A DNA stretch of 64,000 nucleotides, taken from the IMG/VR virus record IMGVR_UViG_3300021091_000016, one strand, 5' to 3'. The position numbers were made by a program, and so were the translations under genes. Below, piece after piece: positions 46,347 through 55,568 of the stretch. Position 1 is the first letter of the stretch, and each line of letters opens with the position of its first letter. The stretch is from a virus. A model generated the notes under the pieces. That model made no database searches, was not told the DNA's origin, and worked only from the letters and a program-made list of their open reading frames with translations.

Positions 46347-48833
46347 ATGAATATAGATGAGTTTGCACAAAGACTTGCAGAACAAACAAAAGTATTAAAA
46401 CAAAATCTAATTAAAGATTTAAATGAATCTGAAACTTTAAGTGAGCTTAGAGATAGTATTCAAAAGAATTTAATTGCAGATATTAATGACGAATCGTTTT
46501 CTGATTTATTTGCGCAAACCATTTCTTATTCAATGTTTGCTGCAAAACAGATTTATAACGAATCAAATAAAGATTCAGATAAATTTACATTTGAGGATAT
46601 TATTTTTTATATGCCTCAATCTAATCCATTCTTAAAACAATTCTTTTATATTTTAGAAGAGAATAGTAAAATCTTAAATCAAAATATTTTTGATTCAATT
46701 AATCAGATATTTAATTTAGTTAAAGAAAATGATTTATCAATTACAGAACATCAACGTGGTGATTTGCTAATTCATTTTTATGAAGATTTTTTACAATACT
46801 ATTCACCTGAAACAAGAAAGAATCTTGGAGTATGGTACACTCCAGAACCAATCGTAGATTACATGATTGATATGTCACAATTGTTTTTAAAAGATAAATT
46901 AAATATTAATGGTGGTTTTTTAAACAATGAATATTGTGACGAAAAATATAGTAAAGTTCAAGTATTAGATCCTGCAACTGGTACTGGTAATTTTCTAGTA
47001 AGAATTGCAACAAGAATTTGCGATTCAATTGAAAATAGTAAAAAACGTTTTGAATATATTAGAGATCATTTAATTAATAAACTAAATGGCTTTGAATTAT
47101 TAATGACGTCTTATACTATTGCTAATTTTAAATTAGATCAGTTATTTAGACACTATGGTTACAAAGTAAAAACTAGTAATGGTCGCCAAAGAACAAACAT
47201 ATACTTAACTAATACCTTAGATAAAGTTTCAGTAAATGAAATTTTACTTGAAAAAGATAACTTTGTAGGTTTACTTGCAAGAGAAACTGAAGGAGCTAAT
47301 CAAGTAAAAGAAAATAAACCAGTATTTGTTGTAATTGGTAACCCACCATACAACCGTAATAGTAAAAACAACTCTAAATTTATTACTGATTTAATGCAAA
47401 CGTATAAAGCAGATTTCAATACCGCTGGTGGTTTAAATGACGATTATATTAAATTCTTTAGATACGCTCATGATTTAATTAGTAGGCAAGAAACAGGTTT
47501 AATTTCATTTATTACTAGTAATAGCTTTATCAAATCTCAGGCTTGTCAACAAATGAGAGTTTCGCTTCTGAAAGATTTTGATGAAATTTATATTTTAAAT
47601 TTAAACGGTGATAAAACAAAAGAAGATAAAAACGTTTTTGATATCAAAACGAATGTATGTATCACTTTTTTAATCAAAACAGGATTAAAAGAAAAGTATG
47701 ATTTTGGAGAAGTATTCTATGCAGATTTAATTGGTAGTAAGTGGTTCAAATTTCAATGTTTACAAAATAAAGATATTCATTTTCAAAAGCTAACACTTGA
47801 AGCACCTAATTATTTCTTTATTCCTTTAGATAATGAATTATTAAAAATTTATAATGAAGGATTTTCGCTAGGAGATATATTTAAAGTTAAAGGTGCTGGA
47901 GTACTAACAGCAACTGATGAATTATTAGTAAATACTAAACTCGATAAATTAAAATCAAATATCAAGCTTCATTTAGAATCACAGAATAGTCCATTTAAAG
48001 GAGTCTCTCTAAACAAAAAAGAAAAAGACGCAAATGGTACCTACAAGACTTTTGCTTATAGACCATTTGATAATCGTTATTATTATGATTCAAAGATGAC
48101 AGAAGGAAAAAGATTAGAGCTTGTAAAGCATGAATCAATTCAAGATAATTTCTATTTTAATTTCACTGCATCAGTAAGAGATAGTAGTGATTTTAAACAT
48201 GTTGTACTTACAAAAGGTACTCCAGAGTTTGCTTTTTTTACAGGAAAAGCAAACACGCATTCTGCACCACTATATATCTATAACGAACAAAATAAAGTAG
48301 AATCTAATATAAAAGAATCATTTATAAAAGAAATAAATGATTGTCTAGGCGATACAGAAATAGAAGCAAAACATATTATGGACTATATATATGGTTATTT
48401 AAATATGCCTAGTTATGTAGAGAAGTTCAATGGTTTACTTAAACAGAATTATCCAAGAGTACCATATCCAAAAGACTATGATGAGTTTTATAGAATAGCT
48501 AATATTGGCGCGCAACTAAGACAACATCATTTGTTCTCTTTCGAAATAGACTCTTTTGAAATAGAAACGACTGTGTTTGCAAATGTAAAGTTTCCATGCA
48601 AAATAAATGTCAATAATAAGCTAGAAATTAATGTCATTAATGACATTAATTTTCAATTAAAAAATGACATTTGGGAATTCAAGATTGGTGCCTGTCAGAT
48701 TTTAAAGAACTGGATTAAAGCTAGAGTAAATGAAGAAATTACATTTGAAGAGTTTTTGCATTTTCTAAAAATGATTAATGCAATCGAAGAAACTATTAAA
48801 CTTAGAAATAAGCTTAATGAAACAAAGGATTAA
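46347..48833 (+). CDS. N6-adenine DNA methyltransferase with type ISP/IIG-like specificity domain
   Basis: GVWYTP, LDPATGTG, GNPPY, YRPFD, YPRVP, F.IG..Q.L..W.K.R. Confidence 0.9.
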   Translation: MNIDEFAQRLAEQTKVLKQNLIKDLNESETLSELRDSIQKNLIADINDESFSDLFAQTISYSMFAAKQIYNESNKDSDKFTFEDIIFYMPQSNPFLKQFFYILEENSKILNQNIFDSINQIFNLVKENDLSITEHQRGDLLIHFYEDFLQYYSPETRKNLGVWYTPEPIVDYMIDMSQLFLKDKLNINGGFLNNEYCDEKYSKVQVLDPATGTGNFLVRIATRICDSIENSKKRFEYIRDHLINKLNGFELLMTSYTIANFKLDQLFRHYGYKVKTSNGRQRTNIYLTNTLDKVSVNEILLEKDNFVGLLARETEGANQVKENKPVFVVIGNPPYNRNSKNNSKFITDLMQTYKADFNTAGGLNDDYIKFFRYAHDLISRQETGLISFITSNSFIKSQACQQMRVSLLKDFDEIYILNLNGDKTKEDKNVFDIKTNVCITFLIKTGLKEKYDFGEVFYADLIGSKWFKFQCLQNKDIHFQKLTLEAPNYFFIPLDNELLKIYNEGFSLGDIFKVKGAGVLTATDELLVNTKLDKLKSNIKLHLESQNSPFKGVSLNKKEKDANGTYKTFAYRPFDNRYYYDSKMTEGKRLELVKHESIQDNFYFNFTASVRDSSDFKHVVLTKGTPEFAFFTGKANTHSAPLYIYNEQNKVESNIKESFIKEINDCLGDTEIEAKHIMDYIYGYLNMPSYVEKFNGLLKQNYPRVPYPKDYDEFYRIANIGAQLRQHHLFSFEIDSFEIETTVFANVKFPCKINVNNKLEINVINDINFQLKNDIWEFKIGACQILKNWIKARVNEEITFEEFLHFLKMINAIEETIKLRNKLNETKD

Positions 48834-48835
48834 AA

Positions 48836-49462
48836 ATGGCAATTAAAAAACTAACTGGTATTCCAGAAATTGATGCAATTGCATCAGCCTTTACTAAGAA
48901 ATATGGTAAAGAAGAAATTCTATCTATGGGCCCTAAGTACGAGAAAGTAGAGCCTATTTCTACTGGCTCTGTATCTTTAGATGCTGTACTTGGTATTGGT
49001 GGCGTACCAGATGATAGAGTAATTGAAATATTCGGTCCACCTTCTGCTGGTAAAACATCCTTATGTTTGCAGATTGTACGTAATTATGTTCAAGCAAAAG
49101 GATATACAAAGCCACCAGTATGGATCGACTTAGAAAGAACTACAGGTTTAGATCTTGTAGAATCTATGGGTTTAGATCCAGATAAAATGATTTTTGTTTA
49201 TCCAGATACGGCAGAGGAAGCATTACAACTAGCACAAGACTTAGGCAAGACTGGTAAAGTTGGTGTTGTAGTATTTGATAGTATTGATGCCGCACAATCA
49301 GAAAAAGAAACCAAACGTAATATGAACGAGGTTGGCGTTGCTGATTTGCCAAGACTACTGTCTAAAGCCTTACGTTCTATTAGTAAAATCAGTGTAGATA
49401 ATAAAGTCTGTTATTTGTTTATTAATCAAGTGCGTACTAATATTGGCGTCATGTATGGAAAT
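48836..49462 (+). CDS. recA: RecA exon 1
   Basis: STGS..LD..LGIGG.P, EIFGPPSAGKT, DS, FINQVR.NIGVMYGN. Confidence 0.93.
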
Positions 49463-50402
49463 TAACTTGAAGTTACAACGATTTTATGTAAAATATTTTT
49501 AGATCAAATACAAGGATTTAAAAATGGCATTAACTATAAATGGAATGACTTTTAACAAGATGACAATGGAACAAGTTGATTTTGTTAAAGAAAACTTTTC
49601 AACAATGAAAATGAAAGATATTTGTGAACAAGCAGGCATTTGTGATGAAACGTTTTATCGTTTATTAAAAGCTTTAAAATTAAAACGCGAGCGAATGTGG
49701 TATCACAAAATACCAAAGACAGAAGAAGCTTTAAATATTTTAAAAGATCCTTACATAAGTCATGTAAAGGCTGCAGAAATATTTGGAGTTAGTGAATCTG
49801 CCGTAGGTCACCTTAGAAAATCTTTAAATGTTTCTGTAAGAAGAAATTTCTCAATGAACTTAATAGAAGAAAAAGTATCTAAAATATTAGATGAATTAGA
49901 CTATGCTTATATTTATGAAAAAAGAATAGCTCAATGGTCTATTGATTTTTATTTAGGTCAAAAAATATGTATAGATGTTCATGGAGTTTGGTCTCATTCT
50001 TTTGAAAAACAAAAGGAAAGAGATTCAAGGAAAGAAATTTTTCTCAAAGAAAACGGATACAAATATTTAGTAATTCATGAATCAGAATTAAGTAATGCTA
50101 AACAAAAAATCGAACAATTTCTAATCGGTTTCCCTCAATAGTGATATTGAGTAAAAAACCTTGTGAACCATGTCCATGGGTGTTATGTAAAAACATAGCT
50201 AACGGTGAAACCCTTCAATAATTGGGCAATACCGTGCCAAGACTCTTTAGAGTAAGGTGTAGAGACTATCGAAAACCTATGAATAATAGAAGTGAGTAGA
50301 GTAGAGATTGAGATAGACACAATCTCCAAGCGCAAGGCTCTCAGTAAAATGAGATGAAGATATAGTCCTTTCCATAGAAATGATAAATTTATGGGTAAAA
50401 AG
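49463..50402 (+). mobile_element. group I intron in recA
   Basis: Removal joins GVMYGN|PETTSGG; exon ends in T, intron ends in G; P7 GACTAT(50264)/ATAGTC(50362), P3 CCTTG/CAAGG. Confidence 0.9.
49524..50141 (+). CDS. intron-encoded Vsr-like/DUF559 (EDxHD-type) homing endonuclease
   Basis: N-terminal HTH-like repeats; IDFY...IDVHG.W.H...RD..K...GY..L.I.E. Confidence 0.82.
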   Translation: MALTINGMTFNKMTMEQVDFVKENFSTMKMKDICEQAGICDETFYRLLKALKLKRERMWYHKIPKTEEALNILKDPYISHVKAAEIFGVSESAVGHLRKSLNVSVRRNFSMNLIEEKVSKILDELDYAYIYEKRIAQWSIDFYLGQKICIDVHGVWSHSFEKQKERDSRKEIFLKENGYKYLVIHESELSNAKQKIEQFLIGFPQ

Positions 50403-50849
50403 CCAGAAACAACAAGCGGTGGTAATGCAATTCCATTCTATGCTTCTGTACGCTTAAGGGTTTCATCAAAGCCATCACAAGATCAAGAAAATGCTTTGAC
50501 AATGCGTGTTAAAGTAGTAAAGAATAAATGCGCACCAGCATTAAGTAAAGAGGCTAGCTTTGATTTTGTACCAGGTATTGGTACTGATAAATTTCTTGAC
50601 GCAGTTAACTATTGTAAGGATAATGGGCTCGTTAGATTTGCAGGCTCTAGTGTTAAGTATACAAATCCAAACACTGGAGAAGAAACAAGTCTTTGTAATG
50701 GCGGGAGAATGGGTATGAGAGATTATCTTGTATCTAATCCCGAATTCTTTGAAAAGCTAAAGGATCAAATATTAAATGCTAACAAAAGAAGAGAAACAGG
50801 CGATATATCAAGCACTGAATCTGAACCAACCAGCGACAGTGAAGAGTAA
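50403..50849 (+). CDS. recA: RecA exon 2
   Basis: PETTSGGNAIPFYASVRL, VKVVKNKCAP. Confidence 0.93.
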   Translation, partial: PETTSGGNAIPFYASVRLRVSSKPSQDQENALTMRVKVVKNKCAPALSKEASFDFVPGIGTDKFLDAVNYCKDNGLVRFAGSSVKYTNPNTGEETSLCNGGRMGMRDYLVSNPEFFEKLKDQILNANKRRETGDISSTESEPTSDSEE

Positions 50850-51216
50850 TCCGTATACTGATGGTGCTAGATTATATTATCAAAAGATATCTGATATCCT
50901 ACCTTATATGATTAGTGCTGCAATATACGAACCATTATTAGCTGATTATTTAATGCATATGCTTCAAAGACATTATTTGGAGCTAAATGCATTTATAGAT
51001 GCCAATTATGGAAGATGTAAAAACTGCAATAAAGTTTATTATGAGCATTCTTTATGCTCTAAATTTGAATACAAAGAAAAATGTGTGCAAGAAATAAAGG
51101 ATGACTTTCCTATATTTTGCGTCCCAGAAATGCCATTGTCATCTCCTAAAAGCTTAGACGATATTCAAACATGGCGTAATTATTTAGATCAATTAGAATA
51201 CTTATTAAAGGATTAA
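50776..51216 (+). CDS. hypothetical protein
   Basis: 146-aa ORF with CKNC. Confidence 0.55.
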   Translation: MLTKEEKQAIYQALNLNQPATVKSNPYTDGARLYYQKISDILPYMISAAIYEPLLADYLMHMLQRHYLELNAFIDANYGRCKNCNKVYYEHSLCSKFEYKEKCVQEIKDDFPIFCVPEMPLSSPKSLDDIQTWRNYLDQLEYLLKD

Positions 51217-51217
51217 A

Positions 51218-52477
51218 ATGAGTTTTGTTCATTTACATGTACACACCGAATATTCATTATTGGATGGTATCAATAGAGTAGATACATTACCAAAACATGT
51301 TAAAGATATTAACCAAACAGCAATTGCTATGACTGATCATGGTAGTGTCAGTGGTTCGTACAAATTTTTTAAACATTGTAAAAGTAATGGCGTACAGCCA
51401 ATTATTGGAATGGAAGCATATTATACTTGCGCTGACAGAACTGTAAGAGAAAAAGATGATTTAGAAGAAAATTATTATCATCTTGTTTTGCTTGCAATGA
51501 ACAATAAAGGTCTACACAACTTATATAAATTATCTACATTCTCTTATACAGAAGGAATGTATCACAAACCTAGAGTTGATGATGATTTACTTGCTCAATA
51601 TAGTGAAGGCATTATTGCTACTACTGCATGCTTGGGTGGTAGGGTTGGTCAACTCATATTGCGTGGTAGATCAAATGATGCAGCCAAACTTATTGATCAT
51701 CATAGGGCTATCTTTAATAACAGACTACTTATCGAGCTACAGCTTCATCATAACGAGGAACAAAGATTAGTTAACCAAGAACTAATTAAAATTGCCAACC
51801 GATATGATTATCCTATTATTTGTACTAACGATTGTCATTATACGCATGAGCATGATAAGCATCATCATGAGGCGGCGTTATGCTTACAAACAAAAACAAA
51901 ACTTTCAGATCCTAAAAGATTTACTTTTGGTGAAATCAAAGTACATGTCGCTGACCATGACTGGATGTGGCAGGAAGCACAGCACCTAGGGTTACCATAT
52001 GATGCTATCTCTAATACTGTAGAGGTTGCTAAAATGATTAATTCTGACGACTATTTTTCAGATAGAATGAATCGCTATCCAAAGTTTAAAGAGCTTAACG
52101 GTATGCAAAGCTTTGAGTATTTAGAGGTTGAAGCTAAACAAGGCTTATGGGAAAGATTTCAAAGTATGCCTCCTCAAGAATACAGAGATAGACTTGACCA
52201 TGAACTTACTGCAATTAAACGCATGGGGTTCTCAGATTACATGCTAGTAGTTGCTCAATTTATGGATGGTGCAAGAGAACGTGGAGTTTTACATGGTCCA
52301 GGTCGAGGTTCTGCTGCAGGCAGTCTTGTAGCCTGGGCACTTAAGATTACTGAAGTAGACCCAGTTAAATACAATTTGATATTTTCTAGATTTTTAAATG
52401 AGGGACGTGGTGCAACTCCCTTGATTTTTACACCAGAAATGAGTATAGAAGCTAGTAAGTTTATTATGCCATTTTAA
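51218..52477 (+). CDS. dnaE: DNA polymerase III alpha, fragment 1 (PHP domain + start of palm)
   Basis: FVHLHVHTEYSLLDG, TDHG, TND.HY, GPGRGSAAGSLV, FSRFLN. Confidence 0.93.
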   Translation: MSFVHLHVHTEYSLLDGINRVDTLPKHVKDINQTAIAMTDHGSVSGSYKFFKHCKSNGVQPIIGMEAYYTCADRTVREKDDLEENYYHLVLLAMNNKGLHNLYKLSTFSYTEGMYHKPRVDDDLLAQYSEGIIATTACLGGRVGQLILRGRSNDAAKLIDHHRAIFNNRLLIELQLHHNEEQRLVNQELIKIANRYDYPIICTNDCHYTHEHDKHHHEAALCLQTKTKLSDPKRFTFGEIKVHVADHDWMWQEAQHLGLPYDAISNTVEVAKMINSDDYFSDRMNRYPKFKELNGMQSFEYLEVEAKQGLWERFQSMPPQEYRDRLDHELTAIKRMGFSDYMLVVAQFMDGARERGVLHGPGRGSAAGSLVAWALKITEVDPVKYNLIFSRFLNEGRGATPLIFTPEMSIEASKFIMPF

Positions 52478-52490
52478 AATAGGAGCAATC

Positions 52491-52853
52491 ATGCTAGAGC
52501 ATAAACATATTATTATTCGTGCAGAGGTAGAAGAACCACCCTCTGATGTTGTTAAAACCGCGCAATGGTTTAAAGACCTAGTGGAAGCAATTGATATGAA
52601 AATTCTTATGGGTCCCCACGTCGTTTACTTAGACAAAGAAGGAAACCGTGGACTTACTGGTGTTTGTGTAATCGAAACATCTCATATGGCAATGCATGTC
52701 TGGGATGAAACAAATCCAGGCTTAATTGAGCTAGATGTCTATTCGTGTAAAACCTTTAATCCAGAAATTGTTTTACAAGCTTTACAGCAATTCAAACCAA
52801 CAAAAGTAGAGCATATTTTACTTGATAGAAAAGATACTATCGAACTTCTATAA
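52491..52853 (+). CDS. speD: pyruvoyl-dependent S-adenosylmethionine decarboxylase-like protein
   Basis: G.TG...IETSH...H.W.E...LDVYSCK. Confidence 0.8.
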   Translation: MLEHKHIIIRAEVEEPPSDVVKTAQWFKDLVEAIDMKILMGPHVVYLDKEGNRGLTGVCVIETSHMAMHVWDETNPGLIELDVYSCKTFNPEIVLQALQQFKPTKVEHILLDRKDTIELL

Positions 52854-52857
52854 AAAT

Positions 52858-53208
52858 ATGGATGATGAAAAATATACAGAATCGTATCTTAATTTAATTG
52901 ATTCTATGCCTGAAAACAAATCCTCTAAAAAGGAAATGCCGTTTATAAAAATGATGCTAATATCATTTACGCTTTCATTTATAGGAGATATGGTAAACTC
53001 ATTTGACCATTATGCAGTTACACATGATTGGATAACTACTCAAATATTTTCAGGACTACTTGCATCTGCAATATGGACTACAAATGGTATTATACTTATG
53101 GGTATGGATACTACTAAAGAAAGAATAAAATTTAGTATATGTAATGCATTAGGCTACACCACAGGTAGTACTATAATGCTTATGTATATAAAACCCTTAT
53201 TTGTTTAA
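52858..53208 (+). CDS. hypothetical membrane protein
   Basis: Three hydrophobic segments. Confidence 0.6.
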   Translation: MDDEKYTESYLNLIDSMPENKSSKKEMPFIKMMLISFTLSFIGDMVNSFDHYAVTHDWITTQIFSGLLASAIWTTNGIILMGMDTTKERIKFSICNALGYTTGSTIMLMYIKPLFV

Positions 53209-53219
53209 AAGGAATTAAA

Positions 53220-53477
53220 ATGATTGTATTTATTGATAGAGCAAAAAAGCTTTTGCATCAGATTGATGTAAGCTTAATGGAAGAAGAGTATGATTTAGTA
53301 GAACTTAATGTACAGGTATTATTAAATCTTTTAAAAGAAAAAACACAAGAAGCCTTAAAACATAAAATCTTTCTAGAAAACAAGATTTTATATTTAGATA
53401 AGATGACTTCTAGATACAAAGAACAAACTCAAGAAATACTAAAGATACTTAACAGCCTCCTTTGCAATGAGCAATAG
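53220..53477 (+). CDS. hypothetical coiled-coil protein
   Basis: 85-aa ORF, AAGGA RBS. Confidence 0.6.
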   Translation: MIVFIDRAKKLLHQIDVSLMEEEYDLVELNVQVLLNLLKEKTQEALKHKIFLENKILYLDKMTSRYKEQTQEILKILNSLLCNEQ

Positions 53478-53528
53478 GTCTTAACATGTATTTAAAAAAT
53501 AATTTAAATGTAATCATAGGTACTCCTA

Positions 53529-55139
53529 ATGTTTGATAGAAAAAAATGGTTATTAGAGGAAATAAGAAAATATGTTTCTGATGAAAGAGTAGAACAAGTA
53601 GATTATGATTTCTTAATGTATGAAATTTCTACTTTATCTGAAAATGAGCTAGACTTATTATTTGGCGCATGTTTGATGCAAGATGACAATCATAATAGGA
53701 TTAAATTTAAAGAAAATCCTCATAATTCTATTCTGCTCTATGTAACAGAATGTACTGACCAATTTGATTTTACTAAAGCTAGGTCTAATATGATTAATGG
53801 TAGCGCGCCAGACGTAGACATTGACCATGACGCTTTAGATAGAGAAAAAGCAATTGAATGGTGTGTAGATTATTGGGGCAGAGATAATGTAGCAAATATT
53901 ATCACTCATGGTACGTTTAAACCTAAATCATTAGCTAGATCCTATTATCGCATTACTGAAGGCAATATGGATGACCTTGATGATTTGCTAAAAAAAATTC
54001 CGCCACCTAAATTTGGTAAAGAAGCTACACTTACTGAAATCCTGGAATTGAATCAAGATTTAAAGGAAGAACCTAAATATGAAAAGTTCTTAGACTTTGC
54101 GTCTAAAATTGAGGATATGGTTTCGACCTATGGTATTCATGCAGCCGGCGTTATTATATCTGACTTTCCTATACATGATGTAATTCCATTATGGAAAAAT
54201 GGTAAAGCAGATCGTATTACTCAATTTGATAAAGATGAATGTGAAGAGCTTGGTTTGCTTAAGTTTGACTTCTTAGGCATTGACTCTTTGTCAGTAATTA
54301 AAGAATGTACAAAATTAATTAAACAAGAAAAAGGCTTAGATATTGAACCTTATAAAATTCCAGATGGTGATAAGCTTACCTATGATCAAATGAATAAAGG
54401 ACATCTTACTGGTGTGTTTCAAATGGAGACTTCTGGTATGGCAAAGAAGCTTATTGTAGAATGTAAACCAGAATCTATTGAAGACTTAAGTGCTATTACA
54501 GCACTTAATCGACCAGGTCCTTTACAAGCTGGCTTCGATATACAATACATTACTAATAAAAAGAATAATTTTGCGCCAATTGATTTACCAGAATCATTAG
54601 CTGAAATTTTAAAGGCTTCTTATTGGACTTTACTATATCAAGAGCAAGTAATGGAAATATGTTCTAAGATTGCAGGTTTTACTCCTAAGGAGGCAGATGA
54701 TGTAAGACGTGCGATGGGTAAGAAAAAGCATGATGTACTTAATGCTTACAAGGAACAATTCTTAAAAGGTGCTATTGATTCTAATCAGCTTACTAAAGAA
54801 TATGCAGAGAAGCTTTGGGAAGAGCTAGTAGGCTTTGCAGATTATTGTTTATCTGGCGATACTAAAGTAAAAACCAATTTAGGCTCACTTACTATTCTTG
54901 AAATAAAAGATTTACTACTTAAAGGAATTGAAGTCTACACCTACGATAGAGATTTAAAGCCTTCTAAAGTTATTGATTATTTTAATAAAGGAATAAAAGA
55001 CACATACAAATATGTATTTGAAAACGGCGCATATATAAAATCTACTAAAGAACATAAAATATTAACATCAAGCCTTGAATTAGAAATAATTGATAAAGTA
55101 TATTCAAGTAAACTATCAACAAACCTAGGAGAAAACTAA
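53529..55139 (+). CDS. dnaE: DNA polymerase III alpha, fragment 2, ending in split-intein N half
   Basis: PDVDID, GIHAAGVII, LLKFDFLG, GVFQME, RPGPL, YQEQVM, RRAMGKKK, FADY|CL. Confidence 0.93.
   Translation: MFDRKKWLLEEIRKYVSDERVEQVDYDFLMYEISTLSENELDLLFGACLMQDDNHNRIKFKENPHNSILLYVTECTDQFDFTKARSNMINGSAPDVDIDHDALDREKAIEWCVDYWGRDNVANIITHGTFKPKSLARSYYRITEGNMDDLDDLLKKIPPPKFGKEATLTEILELNQDLKEEPKYEKFLDFASKIEDMVSTYGIHAAGVIISDFPIHDVIPLWKNGKADRITQFDKDECEELGLLKFDFLGIDSLSVIKECTKLIKQEKGLDIEPYKIPDGDKLTYDQMNKGHLTGVFQMETSGMAKKLIVECKPESIEDLSAITALNRPGPLQAGFDIQYITNKKNNFAPIDLPESLAEILKASYWTLLYQEQVMEICSKIAGFTPKEADDVRRAMGKKKHDVLNAYKEQFLKGAIDSNQLTKEYAEKLWEELVGFADYCLSGDTKVKTNLGSLTILEIKDLLLKGIEVYTYDRDLKPSKVIDYFNKGIKDTYKYVFENGAYIKSTKEHKILTSSLELEIIDKVYSSKLSTNLGEN
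54846..55136 (+). mobile_element. split intein N-fragment (97 aa)
   Basis: Block A CLSGDTKV, block B TKEHKILT; no C-terminal HN/block G before stop. Confidence 0.85.
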
Positions 55140-55140
55140 T

Positions 55141-55557
55141 ATGGCAACAGGAGCAGATGTTAGAAAAAGCGGAATTGACAGAAGTTCTATAGATGCTATT
55201 GTATTTGATGGTTTCGTAAAATCAGTAGATAATACATTATATGTTACTAACAGTGTTACTGGTGACGAAACGGTTTCAATCGACCCAGGCAATATAGACC
55301 TTCCTTCTCAACTATGGAAAACATATACCATAAATCCTACCAATCCAATTATCAATCCATATTCATTTATTAATTCTGAAAATATAAAGAAAGATGACCA
55401 AAATCATTGGCTTATAAGAATTTTAATGAATGGTATAGAATTAGATTCAGATGAATTTACAATCAATGTAAATAAACGTACAGTTACACTAAATCTTCCA
55501 AACGGATTAACTATTGACAACACAGATGAACTTAAAATCTGGTATGTAAAAGAATAA
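55141..55557 (+). CDS. putative virion structural protein
   Basis: Beta-rich, NG...D.L.IWY C-terminus; start of structural block. Confidence 0.6.
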   Translation: MATGADVRKSGIDRSSIDAIVFDGFVKSVDNTLYVTNSVTGDETVSIDPGNIDLPSQLWKTYTINPTNPIINPYSFINSENIKKDDQNHWLIRILMNGIELDSDEFTINVNKRTVTLNLPNGLTIDNTDELKIWYVKE

Positions 55558-55568
55558 GGAGAATCAAT

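Noticed and set aside
52478-53528. Intron spanning the first dnaE break
   Set aside because: No group I/II core recognised; the gap holds ordinary genes and each dnaE piece has its own start/stop and terminal extension
48836-55139. Stop-codon recoding as the cause of broken recA and dnaE
   Set aside because: Breaks are at TAA and are explained by an intron, intervening genes and a split intein; other conserved genes are intact in the standard code
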